The notes under the pieces were generated by a model. The model did no database searches. It was not told where the DNA came from and saw nothing but the letters and a program-made list of their open reading frames with translations. A DNA stretch of 63,558 bases, the filler included, from Octopus bimaculoides (lineage: Eukaryota), in the NCBI RefSeq assembly GCF_001194135.2. It is 5 parts of 4 records of this genome, joined end to end, with 100 filler letters (N's around TTAATTAATTAA, not from the genome) between each part and the next. Parts side by side here need not be neighbours in the genome. Positions count along the whole stretch, not along the records: positions 24,715 to 36,891 come from NC_068983.1; positions 36,992 to 59,634 come from NC_068996.1; 3 more parts are not named here. One strand, 5' to 3'. Each line of letters starts with the position of its first letter. Within the stretch, counting starts at the first letter, position 1. The position numbers were made by a program, and so were the translations under genes. This document shows positions 27,231-41,200 of the stretch, in pieces.

Positions 27231-28487
27231 AAAATTTCACAAATCAAAAAGATACACAGATCCAAATGATGAAAAAATACAAAGATAGAATATTCTATCC
27301 ATCTTATAGAAAAATGAATGTAGAACAGACAATGATTCTAACATAGTGTAAGCCAACGATCATAATGCAGGTCATCAAAATTAGAAGTTATCTTGTGAAA
27401 TTAAAATAGTGCAGCCTTCAAGAAAACAGATAATATATTTCCTATTTAATAACACAGTGTGACACAGTTTTTGGGTAGCATCTGTCAATTTCTATTTGCT
27501 TGCCCCTAGAAAATATGAAAAAAGGCTAATAGTTCCTTCAAACTTTGCTTTTGTTACATTTATTCAAACCCCCAAAGAATTTCTCTCAACACATGACTAT
27601 GATGCTCCCCTGCTACTCCTGCTCACGATCACAGATGCACGTATTGTCAGCCTCTAAGGGACATGCTCCAGTTGTTAAGGTCAAGCAACTGACAAGCAAA
27701 ACTGTGGTATTGAGCAAAATATTTACTATAAGGATATTTCTGCTTCAGCAACTCAGCACTGAATCTGCCTGAAATGTAATGGAAAACAGGTCAGTTTCAA
27801 AACATTGATGTCCAGGTCACAAAAGCAAAGTTTGAAGGGAATAGTAGTAATTTCCTTTGATTTCTAGATAGAAGCAAGTAGGAAATAACACTTATTGACC
27901 AATGACAAAAAAAATAATTTACACTGTGTTATCATTAGAAGTAGTGTGGAGGGACCCAGTGGAAAAGGTAGACCCTGGAAAATGTCGGATGAGGTGGTGA
28001 AATATGATCTTCGGGTGTTGAGTCTCACGAAGATGATGACAAGTGACTGAAACTTTTGGTGATTCACTGTGCTTTAGAAGACATGTCAAGCCAAGTGAAA
28101 TCATAGTTGTGGCTCAGTGCCAGAGACATGTAAAAGGCACCCAGTACACTCTGTTGAGTGGTTGGCAAAAAGAAGGGCATCCAGCTGTAGAAACCAAACC
28201 AAAACAAGTCACTGGAGCCTGTTGCAGATCTCCAATTTACCAGTTTCAGTCAAAACGTCCAATCAACAAGCATGGAAAACGGGCATTAAATGATGATGAT
28301 GATGAGCACGCTTGGGTGTCCATTCAACAAGTTCACTTTTGCAACCATGTTGTTTTGTTGCATGACACTGTGGACAAGTGTCTTCTATTCTAGCTTATGG
28401 TTGATCAATGCATTGTGAATGAAATTGGTAGATGGAAACTATATGGGAGCTTGTCATATAAGTGTGTGTATTTGTGTGTGTGTGTGT

Positions 28488-28524
<37 letters not shown>

Positions 28525-29149
28525 GATATCGGTTATATGTTATGTAAAACTGAGGCACTTCATATTACATACTTGGTGCAATTTTTTATGCCTGCCATAA
28601 AATATATATTTAGCATTGAGCTGTTTGTCATTCAGAAGACCTAGAAAATAAGTCTCTTAAAAAAATTAAGAATTGATGACAGGAAGGGTATCTGTTGGTA
28701 GAGTACTACCACAAAAATTCTCATACAACCCATGCCAACATGAAAAAAGCAGTTGTAAAAATGGTGAGGATGCAATCATTAAAGGATTTGGTGTTTTTGT
28801 TTCTCTACTAGCATGTCAAGAATTAAATAAATATTTGGAATTTTCTGCAGTGGAATTCAGGAAAAGAAAAAAGTATTTAAAAAAAATAAGTAGTTATATA
28901 CCTATGTATAGTCTCTCTGGATATATTCTATAATCAAGTATAATTTCATTCATAGCTTTTTTGAAATACCTTTGTGTTATTTCTGAATCCAAGATGTATG
29001 ACCTCCCATATAGGCAGGATCTAAAGTGGGAAAATATTCAAAATTTTTTATTGTAAATTTAGAAGTATTCATATTTTCAGGTTTGAGAATGTGCTTCTCA
29101 AGGTTAAACTTTAATGTAAATTTTAAAAAAAAAGTATCAAGAACATTTA

Positions 29150-29324
29150 GGCGCAGGAGTGGCTGTGTGGTAAGTAGCTTGCTTACCAACCACATGGTTC
29201 CGGGTTCAATCCCACTGTGTGGCACCTTGGGCAAGTGTCTTCTACTATAGCCTCGGGCCGACCAAAGCCTTGTGAGTGGATTTGGTAGACAAAAACTGAA
29301 AGAAGCCCGTCGTATATATGTATG

Positions 29325-29355
<31 letters not shown>

Positions 29356-29577
29356 TTGTGTCTGTGTTTGTCTCCCCACCATTGCTTGACAACCGATGCT
29401 GATGTGATTACGTCCCCATAACTTAGCGGTTCGGCAAAAAGGGTCCGATAGAATAAGTACTAGGCTTACAAAGAATAAGTCCTGGGGTCGATTTGCTCGA
29501 CTAAAGGCGGTGCTCCAGCATGGCCACAGTTAAAAGACTGAAACAAGTAAAAGAGTAAAAGAGAGTAAAAAGAGAGT
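29150..29577 (+). mobile_element. tRNA-derived SINE, family B, with CORE-like segment and internal (TA)/(GT) microsatellite
   Basis: ggctgtgtggtaag...gggttcaatcc, then ggcaccttgggcaagtgtcttct, ending gactgaaacaagtaaaagag. Further copies at about 29691-30070, 39130-39420 (-), 40670-41040 (-), 47040-47320, 49160-49525 (-), 52855-53360 (-), 53690-54330 and 57152-57777. Confidence 0.85.
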
Positions 29578-31074
29578 ATTTGTTAATTTGCTGCTACAGA
29601 ATTCAGGTAACAAAAAAAAAAAAAGAAAGCACTGTAAGCAAGCTTAAAATTGTCTGAATGTTAGCCAGTATACTAAAAAATATTTTCAGGCACAGACATG
29701 GCTGTTTGGTGAGAAGCTTACTTCCCTGCCACATGGTTCTGGGTTCCGTTCCACTGTGTGGTATTTTGGGCAAGTGTCTTCTACTATAGCCTCAGCCAAC
29801 CAAAGCCTTTTGAGTGAATTCGGTAGATGGAAATTGAAAGAGGCTTAGCGTTTATATGTATGTGTGTGTCTTTGTGTCTTCTTTTGTCCCCTGCAACCAT
29901 TTGACAACCAGTGTTGGTGTGTTTATGTCCCCATAACTTAGTAGTTCAGCAAAAGAAACCAATAGCAGGCTGAAAAAATAAGTAGTGGGGTCAATTCATT
30001 CAATTAAAATTCTTCGAGACGTTGCCTCAGCTTGGCTGCAGTCTAATGACTGAAACAAGTAAAAGATAAAATTAATTTATCTTTTGAAAAATAAATAAAT
30101 AAATAAATAGATGAAATAAAAGAGAAGTATCTTTGTATAAATTTTTGTTTATATGATACAATTTTCTGTTTATAGCTTCTGAAAATTCTGTTATGCAGAC
30201 AACACTTTGATATGAAAACAATAAGAATTAATTGGAATAAACAATTTTTAGTGTTTAATATTCTTCAGCCTGTGTTCCATATGACATTGGAATCTATTTC
30301 AAATCAAATTGTAAAAATATTTTTACATTGGAATGAACCTGGAAAGATTACTAGAGTATGTTTAACTTTTATAGTTCAATGTTGTTTGCTTTTTTTTGAC
30401 AGCAATCAACTATTAGCTATAAATAAACTCCATAATAGAAATAGATATAAAGTTAAATTATATCAGGAAATAAATACAGATAAAGCTATCAGTTGTTTTG
30501 ATTTATTCCCCAAAGTATATCAATAATTTATTTACATGAAGCATACAAAATCAGGACTGATTTAGTAGCAATAAGCATGTGAGAAAAGCAAAACATGTAC
30601 TGACTTTAAGTATGATGTATCATAGAGGAACCTGATCAGTAAAAGTAGAAAGCAAGAAACATCTGGAAAAGATTTCGAAGTACAAGTGTTGTTAGCTGTA
30701 TATCATGACTAAGAAATGAATCAAGTTTGAATGGGCTACTACTAATAATATTTATTATTATATTATGAGCTAAGATGACAACTGATAATTTAAACCACCA
30801 AAGAATGCTGTGAGAGAAAATGCTGAGGTTGCATAAACATCAGATGGAAAGTGAGTTGAGAAATGTAGATTAATGTTTACTGGCAATAGATTTGGGAGAA
30901 ACTGAAAAAAATTATTGAGTAAGACAGACTAAATCAAAAAGTGCAACAATTCATAGAAACAAAATTTATAAATACAAAGTGAGGTTGGGAAATAGTAGTT
31001 GCCTACACTGGTCATATCTTTCATTATAGCATCCACAATCATATAAACTAATACATTGTTTTTGTAATTTTCAG

Positions 31075-31170
31075 GTATAAGTTGTCATGATGATTTGGAT
31101 AGTATCTTAAAAGTTGATGAAGGGAATGTAATAAAGAAGGAATCAAAATATGTAATACAAAAATATATTG
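31075..31170 (+). CDS. TTLL3: TTLL3/TTLL8-like, internal exon B (96 nt, phase 1-1)
   Basis: ttttcag|GT...ATT G|gtaagt; (G)[31 protein letters not shown](E). Phase matches both neighbouring exons and carries the conserved VxQKYIE motif. Confidence 0.93.
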
Positions 31171-32169
31171 GTAAGTAATAAACTTCTTCAGGTTGAAATA
31201 TGAATGTATAGTCTTTAATCCAAAGGAATTCAGATCATTGTACATATTTCAATTTATAAGAAACAGTCTTGTAGTTCAGTAATACTAAGAAAGGAGAGAA
31301 AGTGCATATCTAAAGTAGATACTTATCCCTGGTTCATTATCAATGCTTTTAATCTGGTAGAATATTGGTTTCAAATTTTGGTACAAGGCCAGCAATTTCA
31401 GAGGAAGGGATAAGTTGATTACATCAACTTCAGTTCTCAACTGGTACTTATTTTATCGACCCCGAAAGGAAGAAAGGCCAAGTTGACCTTAGCAGAATTT
31501 GAACTCACAATGTAAAGACGAACAAAATGCTGCTAAGCATTTTGCCTGGCATGATAATGATTCTGCCAGCTCACTGCCTTGGACAAATATTAAGAAATGA
31601 ATATTAAATTAGACATGAACTGGGTCACTAATGGCCAGAACCTTTTTAAATTATGGTTGCTAAGTTAAAGAAGGGTTGTTCAGAGATCACTTAATTGAGA
31701 AAAAGTATTAAAAAACTGCCATCCTATTGCATAATGTTACAATATTAAATTCATTTAGTCAGCAGTCACAATTAGTTTATACTGTCTCAGCACAAGAAGT
31801 ACTATTTTCTCCAATCTAGGTTGTTTAAGTTATATTTAAATAGGACTGTCTTGATTCCCATTCTAGTTTCCACATTTCTCTCAGTCTTATACTTTCCCAA
31901 ACCCATCAGCTTACTACATCACCCTCTCAACAATCATAGCTTGCTTGGTCTCTCCTTCTCCATGCTAATGATATTGCATAGGTGATACACTCAGTGATAA
32001 TACTTTAAGAATTATACTTCTCACATACCTCTAATTATATTGAATTTGGTATGTGCCTAATTAAAACTGGGTGTCACAGTGCAAGACTATACTCTGTGTA
32101 CAATTAACTGAGTTAGATACTTTGGAACCTCAGTTGGTGTATTCAGCATAGCAGTGGTGTCTGAATTAT

Positions 32170-33143
32170 ATAAAGCAAGAAGGATTGCTGGCCTTCACTA
32201 AAAATACTGCATGGATTGCATTAAAAAAAAAAAAAACCATTGAACATTATTTGCACTGGGCACAGAAAAAAGTTTATATTTTATGGTGAACTGGCTTTTG
32301 CAAGCAAGAACACTTAAAGCTCTGCTTTCTAACCTAAAGTAAAACATTTGTGTCTTTGGTATTAATAAAGAGAGTAGAAAACTTGCGATAGCTTTCTGGA
32401 GCAATCTGGTAGAAGCTGTATCTATTTGAAAAAAAACCCCAAAAAAACTGTTGGACAGGGCACATCTTACTCTAATGGGTGTTATGTCTCTTTGTCTGCT
32501 CCCTCTTCATGGCCAGATGGCTGGACCAATGATTATGATATTTTTGGGGATTACAAAGACAGTTGTCGGGAAGGTTTTTAGCATTAAAAAATCAGAAAGT
32601 GTGATTATTTTGTGGATAGTGAGTTTTGAATAGATAAATCACCATCGCATTTTTATTAAAAATTCACTGACCACGAGTAACTGTGAATTTTCATTGTATA
32701 GTTCATGGCCCTATCGTAGATATGAAGGGGGTTGTGAGGATAGTTAATAGCAAAAATAAAATGGAAAAAGTGTGTGTCAGTATATAGTGTGTGTGATTAT
32801 TTAGCGATTATGAAGTGTGAGCAGGATTCGAAACAGCTAATTGAAGTGGCTGTTGTTTACATCTTTGTTTTGTCAATCAAAATAACCCATAGTACCAGAC
32901 ATTATATGCATAGAACAGTGAGAGGTAAGTCTTAGTTTGATTTTTTGCAACCTTATGGATTCCACTTGCACATTCACAACAAACAAGGCACAGGGCCAAA
33001 TTTCAGATTGTGTAGGTATATTTTTACCCTCTCCAATGTTTACACAATGCCAGTTATACGTTGCTATGAGTAGAGCAACGGACTCCAGTAATTTGAAAAT
33101 TAGTGTCGACCAAATAGAAAATATCATCTACAAAGTTTTGTAA
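32170..33143 (+). mobile_element. Decayed Helitron Rep/Helicase (PIF1-type) remnant inside a TTLL intron
   Basis: 32937-33143 reads FTTNKAQGQ..CVGIFLPSPMF..CQLYVAMSRA...NIIYKVL*, matching PIF1 helicase motifs V-VI and the typical Helitron C-terminus. Weaker motif traces upstream. Confidence 0.75.
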
Positions 33144-34380
33144 TCATATTAATATTATTGAAAGGAATATGATTCATAATTTAAATTAGGAAATTTGTGA
33201 ACTTTGAATGTATAAGAATATAAACAAGTGTTAAATAGTGTAAGCAACTAAAATAAAAGTATATTTAAATAATGTTTTTTTCTTAATACTTTTTATGTAG
33301 TGGTCGAAGGAAGCTCTGGCTTTTGTTAGGAGTGGTCCACATAAGCATTCATGATACAGAGGCTGGGAACCTATTTCAGTTCAGGAGTGAATTGTCATCA
33401 CATGTCACTTAGTCGCAAACACGTCATATAGCTGCAATAGAATGCTGTATCACCAACAACAATATGATTTCTCTAAGACATCACCCAGTAATCTATCAAG
33501 TCTATCTCCACATTTCTCAATATATACATTCTGCTGTTATGACTTCCCTCCTTCATTTTATGCCTCCATCATAGATGGGTAGATTTGCTAGTGGTAATAA
33601 TTAGGAAGAGGAGTTAAGTACCTGATACTCGACAAATGCAAAAGGTGGAGGCCCCCAGTATGTTAAAAATGTAATAAAAACTGTGTGTTGCATCATGCAT
33701 GTGGAAGATGTTAACTTTATCAGCTATCTGATTTCTATTGAAGCATTCATAACACTAAAAGAGTATGCAATTCTATCTAAAAGAAGTCTTGCTCTTGTAG
33801 AAATACCACTGGTGCCAGCCATAGACATGAGAGTATTATTCAGATTTTTGAAAAATAAAAATAACATCAGCATATCTTTCTATAGGATATCTTCCTCTAA
33901 AATTGTTGCAGCAGTGAAATTTATTGCAGCCTTTTGCTTTTGTATCTTTATTATAAATTCCCATTCATATACAGTACCTGAGGTTTTGTTGCAAACTATT
34001 TGCAGGGTAAATTAAAATACCTGCTGTTTTCTAAAAGAAAAGAACAACGATCGGCTAATTCTCTAGAAATAAGGACAATTTGTATGACGTTACGAGAACA
34101 AATGTATGAAAGCATCATCATCATCATTTAATGCCTATCTTCCATGCTGGCATTGGTTTGATGGTTTGACAATCTGATGAGCTGGAGAACTGTGCTAAGC
34201 TCCAATGTCTGCTTTGACATGGATTTCTATGGCTGGATGCCCTTCCTAATGCCAGCTGCTTTGAAGAGTGTATTGGATACCAGACAAGACAAACATAATA
34301 AATATACATCAACACAAATTATTGCTGCAGTCTACACTCCAGAAGAGCCTTGTAAAGGAAATTGGCAAATAATTAATTAA

Positions 34381-34600
34381 CCCTTGAACATTTAAACTGA
34401 CCCTATCTGGTCCATAGGTTCTACATGTTTTATGTACAAACCGGCCATATTAGTCACTCACACCTACCCTACAATGTCATTCTAAAAATATTCAGTCACA
34501 TCATTTAGATCTTGAAGCTTCAATATGAAGCATTGATTAATTCAAATCAATTTGAATAAATAAGCATTACCTTTGACATAGTAATCTGAATGCTGAAGGG
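34381..34600 (+). mobile_element. Complete piggyBac-type MITE (220 bp)
   Basis: TTAA at 34377-34380 and 34601-34604. Terminal inverted repeats CCCTTGAACATT / AATGCTGAAGGG. Confidence 0.8.
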
Positions 34601-34736
34601 TTAAGGAAATTGGCAAATAATTAATTGTTAACTGTCTTCAGCACACATACTCATTTATTTATTTATAAATTAACTTTGTTTCTAACATAAATTTGTCTGT
34701 AATAACCAAAGATAATATTAAATATTTTATTTCCAG

Positions 34737-34881
34737 AACGGCCTTTACTGATTTATAATTGCAAGTTTGACATTAGGCAGTGGTTTTTAGTCACAGATTG
34801 GAATCCACTTACTGTGTGGTTTTACAAAGACTGTTATCTGCGGTTTTGTTCACAACAATTTACTCTTAATGATTTTAATGC
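34737..34881 (+). CDS. TTLL3: TTLL3/TTLL8-like, internal exon C (145 nt, phase 1-2)
   Basis: ttttatttccag|AA...GC|gtgagt; (E)[47 protein letters not shown](A), the glycylase-specific [16 protein letters not shown] motif. Confidence 0.96.
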
Positions 34882-36073
34882 GTGAGTTTCTTATAGTTTT
34901 ATGTTCTCAATTCTTTTCTGTTCTATTCATCCATCCATCTTCTCTGCCCACTATGCCTAGAAGGATTGTGAGGGGAGACTCCTCAGGCACCTCTTCTATT
35001 GGGTCCTATCAGAAGCAGTTGTCATTATGCTTTCTGGTTGGGTTCCCAAATGTGACCAACTGGGAATATGGAAATTATCCAACCATCTCATTCTTGTTAA
35101 TGGCTTTTAGAGACACCATATTTTGTTATGCAATCATAATATACTACAAAGTATATTAAATGCTTTATAAGTCAATATTGTGTCCTACTGTGTTATCAGT
35201 GCTTTTACATCATTTTTTTTAACGGTTATCTCTACAGATTTTCAATAGAAGTTATAGCCAACACTGATTTGTTATGATGTTTCTTATCTGAATATGTCTA
35301 ATGTAAACAACAATGTGGTCGAAAATGGAAAAAGAGATTATGCATATTTCCGGAGTTCTTACTCCTTCATTAGCATCAACAATGTTACATTGCTATATTT
35401 GATTCCCATTTTACTTAACTGGACACCATAGCAAATTGATGTTTAAAAGAAGTTCTATCATATTTTTATAATTAAATATCATTAGGAATTGTATGAAAGG
35501 TTTTGTGTATTGCAGAAGTATAACCAATTTTATGGCACATAAATGTAAACAACAAAATCATATATGGACTTCCAAGGGCCATATGGACCCAGGTTGAGAA
35601 CCACCTGTTTAGACCATTTGTTCATCATAATCATTTAATGTCCACTTTCCATGCTGGCATGGGTTGATAGTTTGACCGGAGCTGTTAGGAAGATGACTGC
35701 ATCATACTTTGCTGTCTGTTTTGGCATGGTGTTTATGATTGGATTCCCTTCCTGACACCACCTGCTCTATGGAGTTGACTGAGTGCTTTTTATATGGCAC
35801 CAACACAAGCAAGGTCAGTTTTGGCATGGTTTTTTACAGTTGGATGCCCTTCCAATTGTCACCCACTTTACAGTGTGGGCTGCATGCATTTTACATGGCA
35901 CAAACACTGGCAGGGTCACCAAGTAACTTGCAAGACAAAGATCCTTTGAGAGGGTGTGTGACATTGGGGGGGGGGGTGATTTCAGGCCAGATGATGAAAG
36001 GTTTAGAATATGACAGAGACAGAAACAGGTGTCTTGTAGAAGAAATATGTGGTTACCTGGTCAGAGAGAGGGA

Positions 36074-36142
<69 letters not shown>

Positions 36143-36675
36143 TGATCAAGATTGAGGCCAGTAATGGGTCTGTTGCTGTAGAGAAGATACTTGGTTATGT
36201 TTCTATAAACAACCATTTTCTCATTTCTCTGGCCTTCAGCAAATCATACCTGTTTTGTTTTTCATTGCATTAACTCTTAAATTTTCAATGTCTTCATCAA
36301 TATATAAATATAAAATGACTTATGGAATTTTCTGTCTAGTTAGAAGTTTTGTCTGACCTTATTTAATATTTATTTACTGATATATTGAAAGTTACTTGAA
36401 TAAAAATGCTTTACTGAACTTTCTTATTCTGGGGTTATTTTCAGCCTGATATATTTATTACTTTACATATCACAAACTTTTCATTTCTGTCTTACTTTGC
36501 GATATTTTATGAGTGTGTATCTTAGTTTTAGAAAAAGTGTATTGTATTGTGGTGTGTTATGAGAAGGGTTGGCAATAAGAAAAGCTTCTGAAGTAAAAAT
36601 GCTGTCTTCACAATTAGACCTGTCCAACGAATGCTAGTAGAGAAAGATGGGTAGGAAATGATGATGATATACTTG

Positions 36676-36718
<43 letters not shown>

Positions 36719-36891
36719 GTGGAGAATGGAGCAACAAATACAAGAAGGAGCAATTCTGTTGGGCTAGTTAGCCATTGTTTTATTGTGTGGAGGTTATGTA
36801 ATGAGTTGTTGTGGAGGTTGAGGTTATGTAGTGAGTCATTGTGAATGTTATGTAATAGTCATTTACGTACGTTTCAATCTAGCCAATGGTT

Positions 36892-36991
36892 NNNNNNNNN
36901 NNNNNNNNNNNNNNNNNNNNNNNNNNNNNNNNNNNTTAATTAATTAANNNNNNNNNNNNNNNNNNNNNNNNNNNNNNNNNNNNNNNNNNNN
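36892..36991. other. Artificial 100-nt spacer
   Basis: 44 N + TTAATTAATTAA (36936-36947) + 44 N. Confidence 0.95.
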
Positions 36992-37142
36992 ATATATTGA
37001 GAGAGAGAGAGAGAGAGAGAGCGTGTGTACTGTAAATAATTCCTGATCGATTTTTAGTCATAATTTTTAGTGAAGGGCATAGAAACATACAAGTTCTTTA
37101 GGATCAAATTAAATATGGTCATGTAGCATATTAAGATACGAT

Positions 37143-38110
37143 TCATTCCGTATGTCCGCCTTTAGCCTTCACAATCGCACGAAGATGGCAGAGAACAGTC
37201 ACACGAACGCCGGACGACGTCTCTACTTAAATGATTCCATGACGTGACTAAGGTTTTCTTTAGAGCGGTGATACTTTTGTAGGAAACTATAGAAACGCCA
37301 CTTTCTAGAATGGGCCTAATAGCGAAGTCCATAGGGTTGACGTCCAGGCTGCAGGGTCCCGCACATCTTGCCGAACCCGTTGAAATGGCTATGTCTCATT
37401 AGACGTATGAAAAGGACTGCCGTTTTGTGTGAACACGTAATTATCTCCAAGTGTTTCAGTCACCCATGGCAAAATATTATCCTCCAATATTTTCATGTAA
37501 ATTGCCAAATTGACCTTCATCCCCTCTTTAATGAAGACCAGAGGAGATATTCCACTATCGAATGACACTGCCGCCTAAACCTTCACTCCGGTGGATTTCA
37601 TTCGGCGAAACACTTTACGGGTGCATTCGGGAACAGCAGCTGACCTCTTGGTCAAAATCTTGTCATTCTGAGTGTTCGCTACAGCTTCCACAGTGAATAT
37701 CTTTTCGTCCGACCAGATGAAGACATTGTCACCGGCGCACTGACTCTCCTCCGTCATTTTCTTGCATCTGTCCAGTCACTTTGCTTTGGAAGCAGCCAAA
37801 ATTAGTTGTCAACGTTGCAATTTTAATAACTTACAATTTAGGTCTTCATGCACGATCCGCCGCATGGTTATCTGAGAAATATCGAGACTTTTAGCCATTT
37901 GCTTCATGCTCGGCTGTGGATTTCATGACACTCTTTTGCACAACATCCACCAATTGTTTCGTTCTTACAGATGGTTTTCATCCAGGTATGGTTTTGCAGT
38001 CTATTAAACCTGTCTCACTGTAGCGTTTCATGACATCATAGACTGTTTTGGGATCAACACCAACCCTTGAAGCCACGTCTTTGGTGCTATGTAGTCCTGC
38101 ATTTTTCAGA
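37143..38110 (-). mobile_element. Near full-length decayed DD37D (maT-like) Tc1/mariner-superfamily transposase
   Basis: HTH region VGVDPKTVYDVMKRYSETG...; WSDEKIFTVEAVANTQNDKI; PLVFIKEGMKVN..IY..ILEDNILPW...YVFTQNG; S.DVNPMDFAI; C-terminal AIVKAKGGH.E*. Confidence 0.88.
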
Positions 38111-38322
38111 GTTACAATCTCATCTCGCCTGTTAACTTGCCATATTGAAATGTTTTACTCACCGAATGTAAACAAACAATTGAATGTTGAGGAGCTCATT
38201 AATTATTTTTTGTGCAATTTCAGACCACATTTAATAAGTTAAATTTCAGTAATCCTTCCGTATGTGGTGATTAAAAAAGTATATAAAAATTAAAGGGAAA
38301 TAACAAGGGGAGACAAAATAAG

Positions 38323-38600
38323 TCAACTTACTGTTAAACAACGTAGACATTGGCGATAGCAACCAAATAGTGAACAAATGTCTTTTTCTTTGGTATAGAA
38401 ATTCTTCCATATAAATTTGTGTGAATATGAAACGAATAAATTATCTGACGTTCCACATTGATGTCGTAGTTTTCTTTTTACACGCATCGTCATATTCTCC
38501 ACGTTTTGCGTATGGACATCCTTATTTGTTGGATCTACAAAGTTCTGATGAGAGTACATACCGTCATTTAGGCTCCCAACAGTTCCTAGTTGTTGTTTCC
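38323..38600 (-). mobile_element. Merlin (IS1595/ISXO2-like DDE) transposase C-terminal remnant
   Basis: SHQNFVDPTNKDVHTQNVENM..RVKRKLRHQCGTS..LF.SY.H.F.W matches the NFVDP..G.HTQ.IE..W..K motif. Confidence 0.8.
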
Positions 38601-39065
38601 CCATTAATTTTTATTTACTTTTTAATCACCACAAACCGAAGGATTACCATAAACTTATCTAAATAATCGGGAATTTCTTATACAGCGTACTGTATATATG
38701 TGTGTGTGTGTGTGTGAAGAAATGAGAATGTGTAAAGTGTAGCAATGCAGAAAGTAGAAATTGAATACTTATGCTGTAGTATATGTGGAGTACTTTTTCT
38801 CTCGTTCATTATAAATAATAATGTGTGTTTGTGCGTGCATATAAATATCAATGTGTGTGAAATCCTGACATTATGTGTGTGTGTATGATTACAGTTTATG
38901 TATGGAAGATGTTAATAGTTTAATAGTTGCCATAAAAAGGAAAAAATGGGAACAGTTTTATTTGATAACGATCAGTATTTCTACAGCGACACCAGACAAG
39001 TACTTACTCTCTTTTTCTCTCTTAAACACATCCAAATCCATGCGCTTAGCCTTGCCAGCACATGT

Positions 39066-39107
<42 letters not shown>

Positions 39108-41200
39108 TAAACATGTTAATGATTGTGAGGGCTTAACACAATGGTGTGATTAGATGATGTGTATAGAGTGTGTGTGTGTGTGTGGTGTGTATGGTTTGTA
39201 TACACATGTAATGTGTACGTATACTCTCTTTTTTTTTACTCTTTTACTTGTTTCAGTCATTTGACTGTGGCCATGCTGGAGCACCGCCTTTAGTCGAGCA
39301 AATCGACCCCAGGACTTATTCTTTGTAAGCCTAGTACTTATTCTATCAGTCACTTTTGCTGAACCGCTAAGTTACAGGGACATAACCACACCAGCATCAT
39401 TTGTCAAGCGATGTTTGGTTGCTATTTGTAGCAGGTCAAGCAACTTCATAGACTCTCCCTCATTGGCTTGTTCTTTTAGAATCCATACTCCCATGGCTCT
39501 ATTCTCAAAACTATTGTATTTAAAACTACCTTATTAATGATTGCACCAATGAGTATCTGGTTGAAGTAAGTTCACTTCTGCCACATTGTTCATGTACCAT
39601 TTTGCTTCCTCTGTAAATTTAAAGCTTTCTGACTTAGAGACAATCAATTTTTACATCAAGAAATAAGTTTAATTTAAAAAATTTTTTTTAAAACTATGCG
39701 CAAATCACATTTTTTTTTGATCCAATCATTTATTGTTTCTTTACTGATTTTAGTCTGTGAAATGAAAAATAATCAACTTCATTAGTTGATATTTTACATT
39801 TTTTTGAAACACTGCAAAATTTGATGTATCAAGTTTAGTCGATTCAATTACCATGGTCAAATTTGAAATTTAATTTAATCTTCTTGCAACTTGTTGTAAT
39901 AAATATTTTATTATTCTTTATAACTGACCTTATATAATCCATGGTGTTTTGATTAGCAGACAGTGTTATTTGATAGCCTATTCCAGCAAGTTGGAACAGA
40001 AACATATATACAATTAAGCTTGGGGTAAATTAACAGAAAATTAATACCGAAGTATAAAAAGTATACAGTTGCATGAGAAACAACATTTAAGAAAAAAAAT
40101 TGTATCATGTTAGATGAACAAAATGATAGTCTTGTTCAATTAAACTGTCTTCTGGAACATTCCTAGTTGAAATTATTTTCCTTTATTGAATTTTTAAAGT
40201 TTGATTTATAAAACCATGGATTTATTAAGTTGATTAAGCCAACTCAGTATATGACTGGTACTTGTATTACCAAGGGATGAAACGTAAAGATTTACTTGAA
40301 GCTTATTTAAACTCAGAGCATAAAATGACATATTGCACAGCGTTTTGTCAAGTACCCTAATGAACCAGCCATCAAATATTCTCTTGATAAATAATAAAAA
40401 TAATAAAAGATAATCGAAAAATGACAAACAAAAGATGCAGTCATACAGTGACTTCAGCATTTAAATCAGCCCCATCTGGCTCAAATATTCTGAATTTGTA
40501 ATTATTGTTGTTTTGTTGCTGAAGACTGCATCTTTAAATTTTCTTCAACCAGTGTGCTGGGCAAACAAACTGTTCATTCTTACCTTCCAGGCTTCCCCTA
40601 ATTACTGATAGAAATTGAGGTGGGGTTGGGTGGGGAGAAACCTACTGCCAGGGTATCTTTTTTTTTTATCTTTTAATTGTTTCAGTCATGCTGGGGCACC
40701 GCCTTGAAGAATTCTTAGTCCAATGTATCAACCCCGGTACTTATTTTTCAAAGCCTGATACTTATTTTGTTCGTCTCTTTTGCTGGACTGCTAAGTTACA
40801 AGGATATAAATACACCAGCACTGGTTGTTCAGTGGTGGGGTCGGGGAGGAGGACAGACACAAAGACACAAGCATAAACATATATTTACATATTTACAATG
40901 GGTTTCTTTCAGTTTCTGTCTACCAAATCCATTCACAATGCTTTGGTTGGTCTGACACTATGGTAGAAGACACTTACCCACAGTCCCGCACAGTGGGACT
41001 GAACCCAGAACCATGTGGTTGGGAAGCCTGCACCTCAGTTATACCTAAAGACATTCTGAGTGAAAGATGGTAACTTTCTCAAGAATAAACTAAAATATTG
41101 AGTAAAAAATACTATTATGGTTAGGAAGTATTGCTTAGGAATTAAAAAATTACATGAAAATGATGTTGATGCTTGGTTTGAAAATAACCATTTAAGTTAA

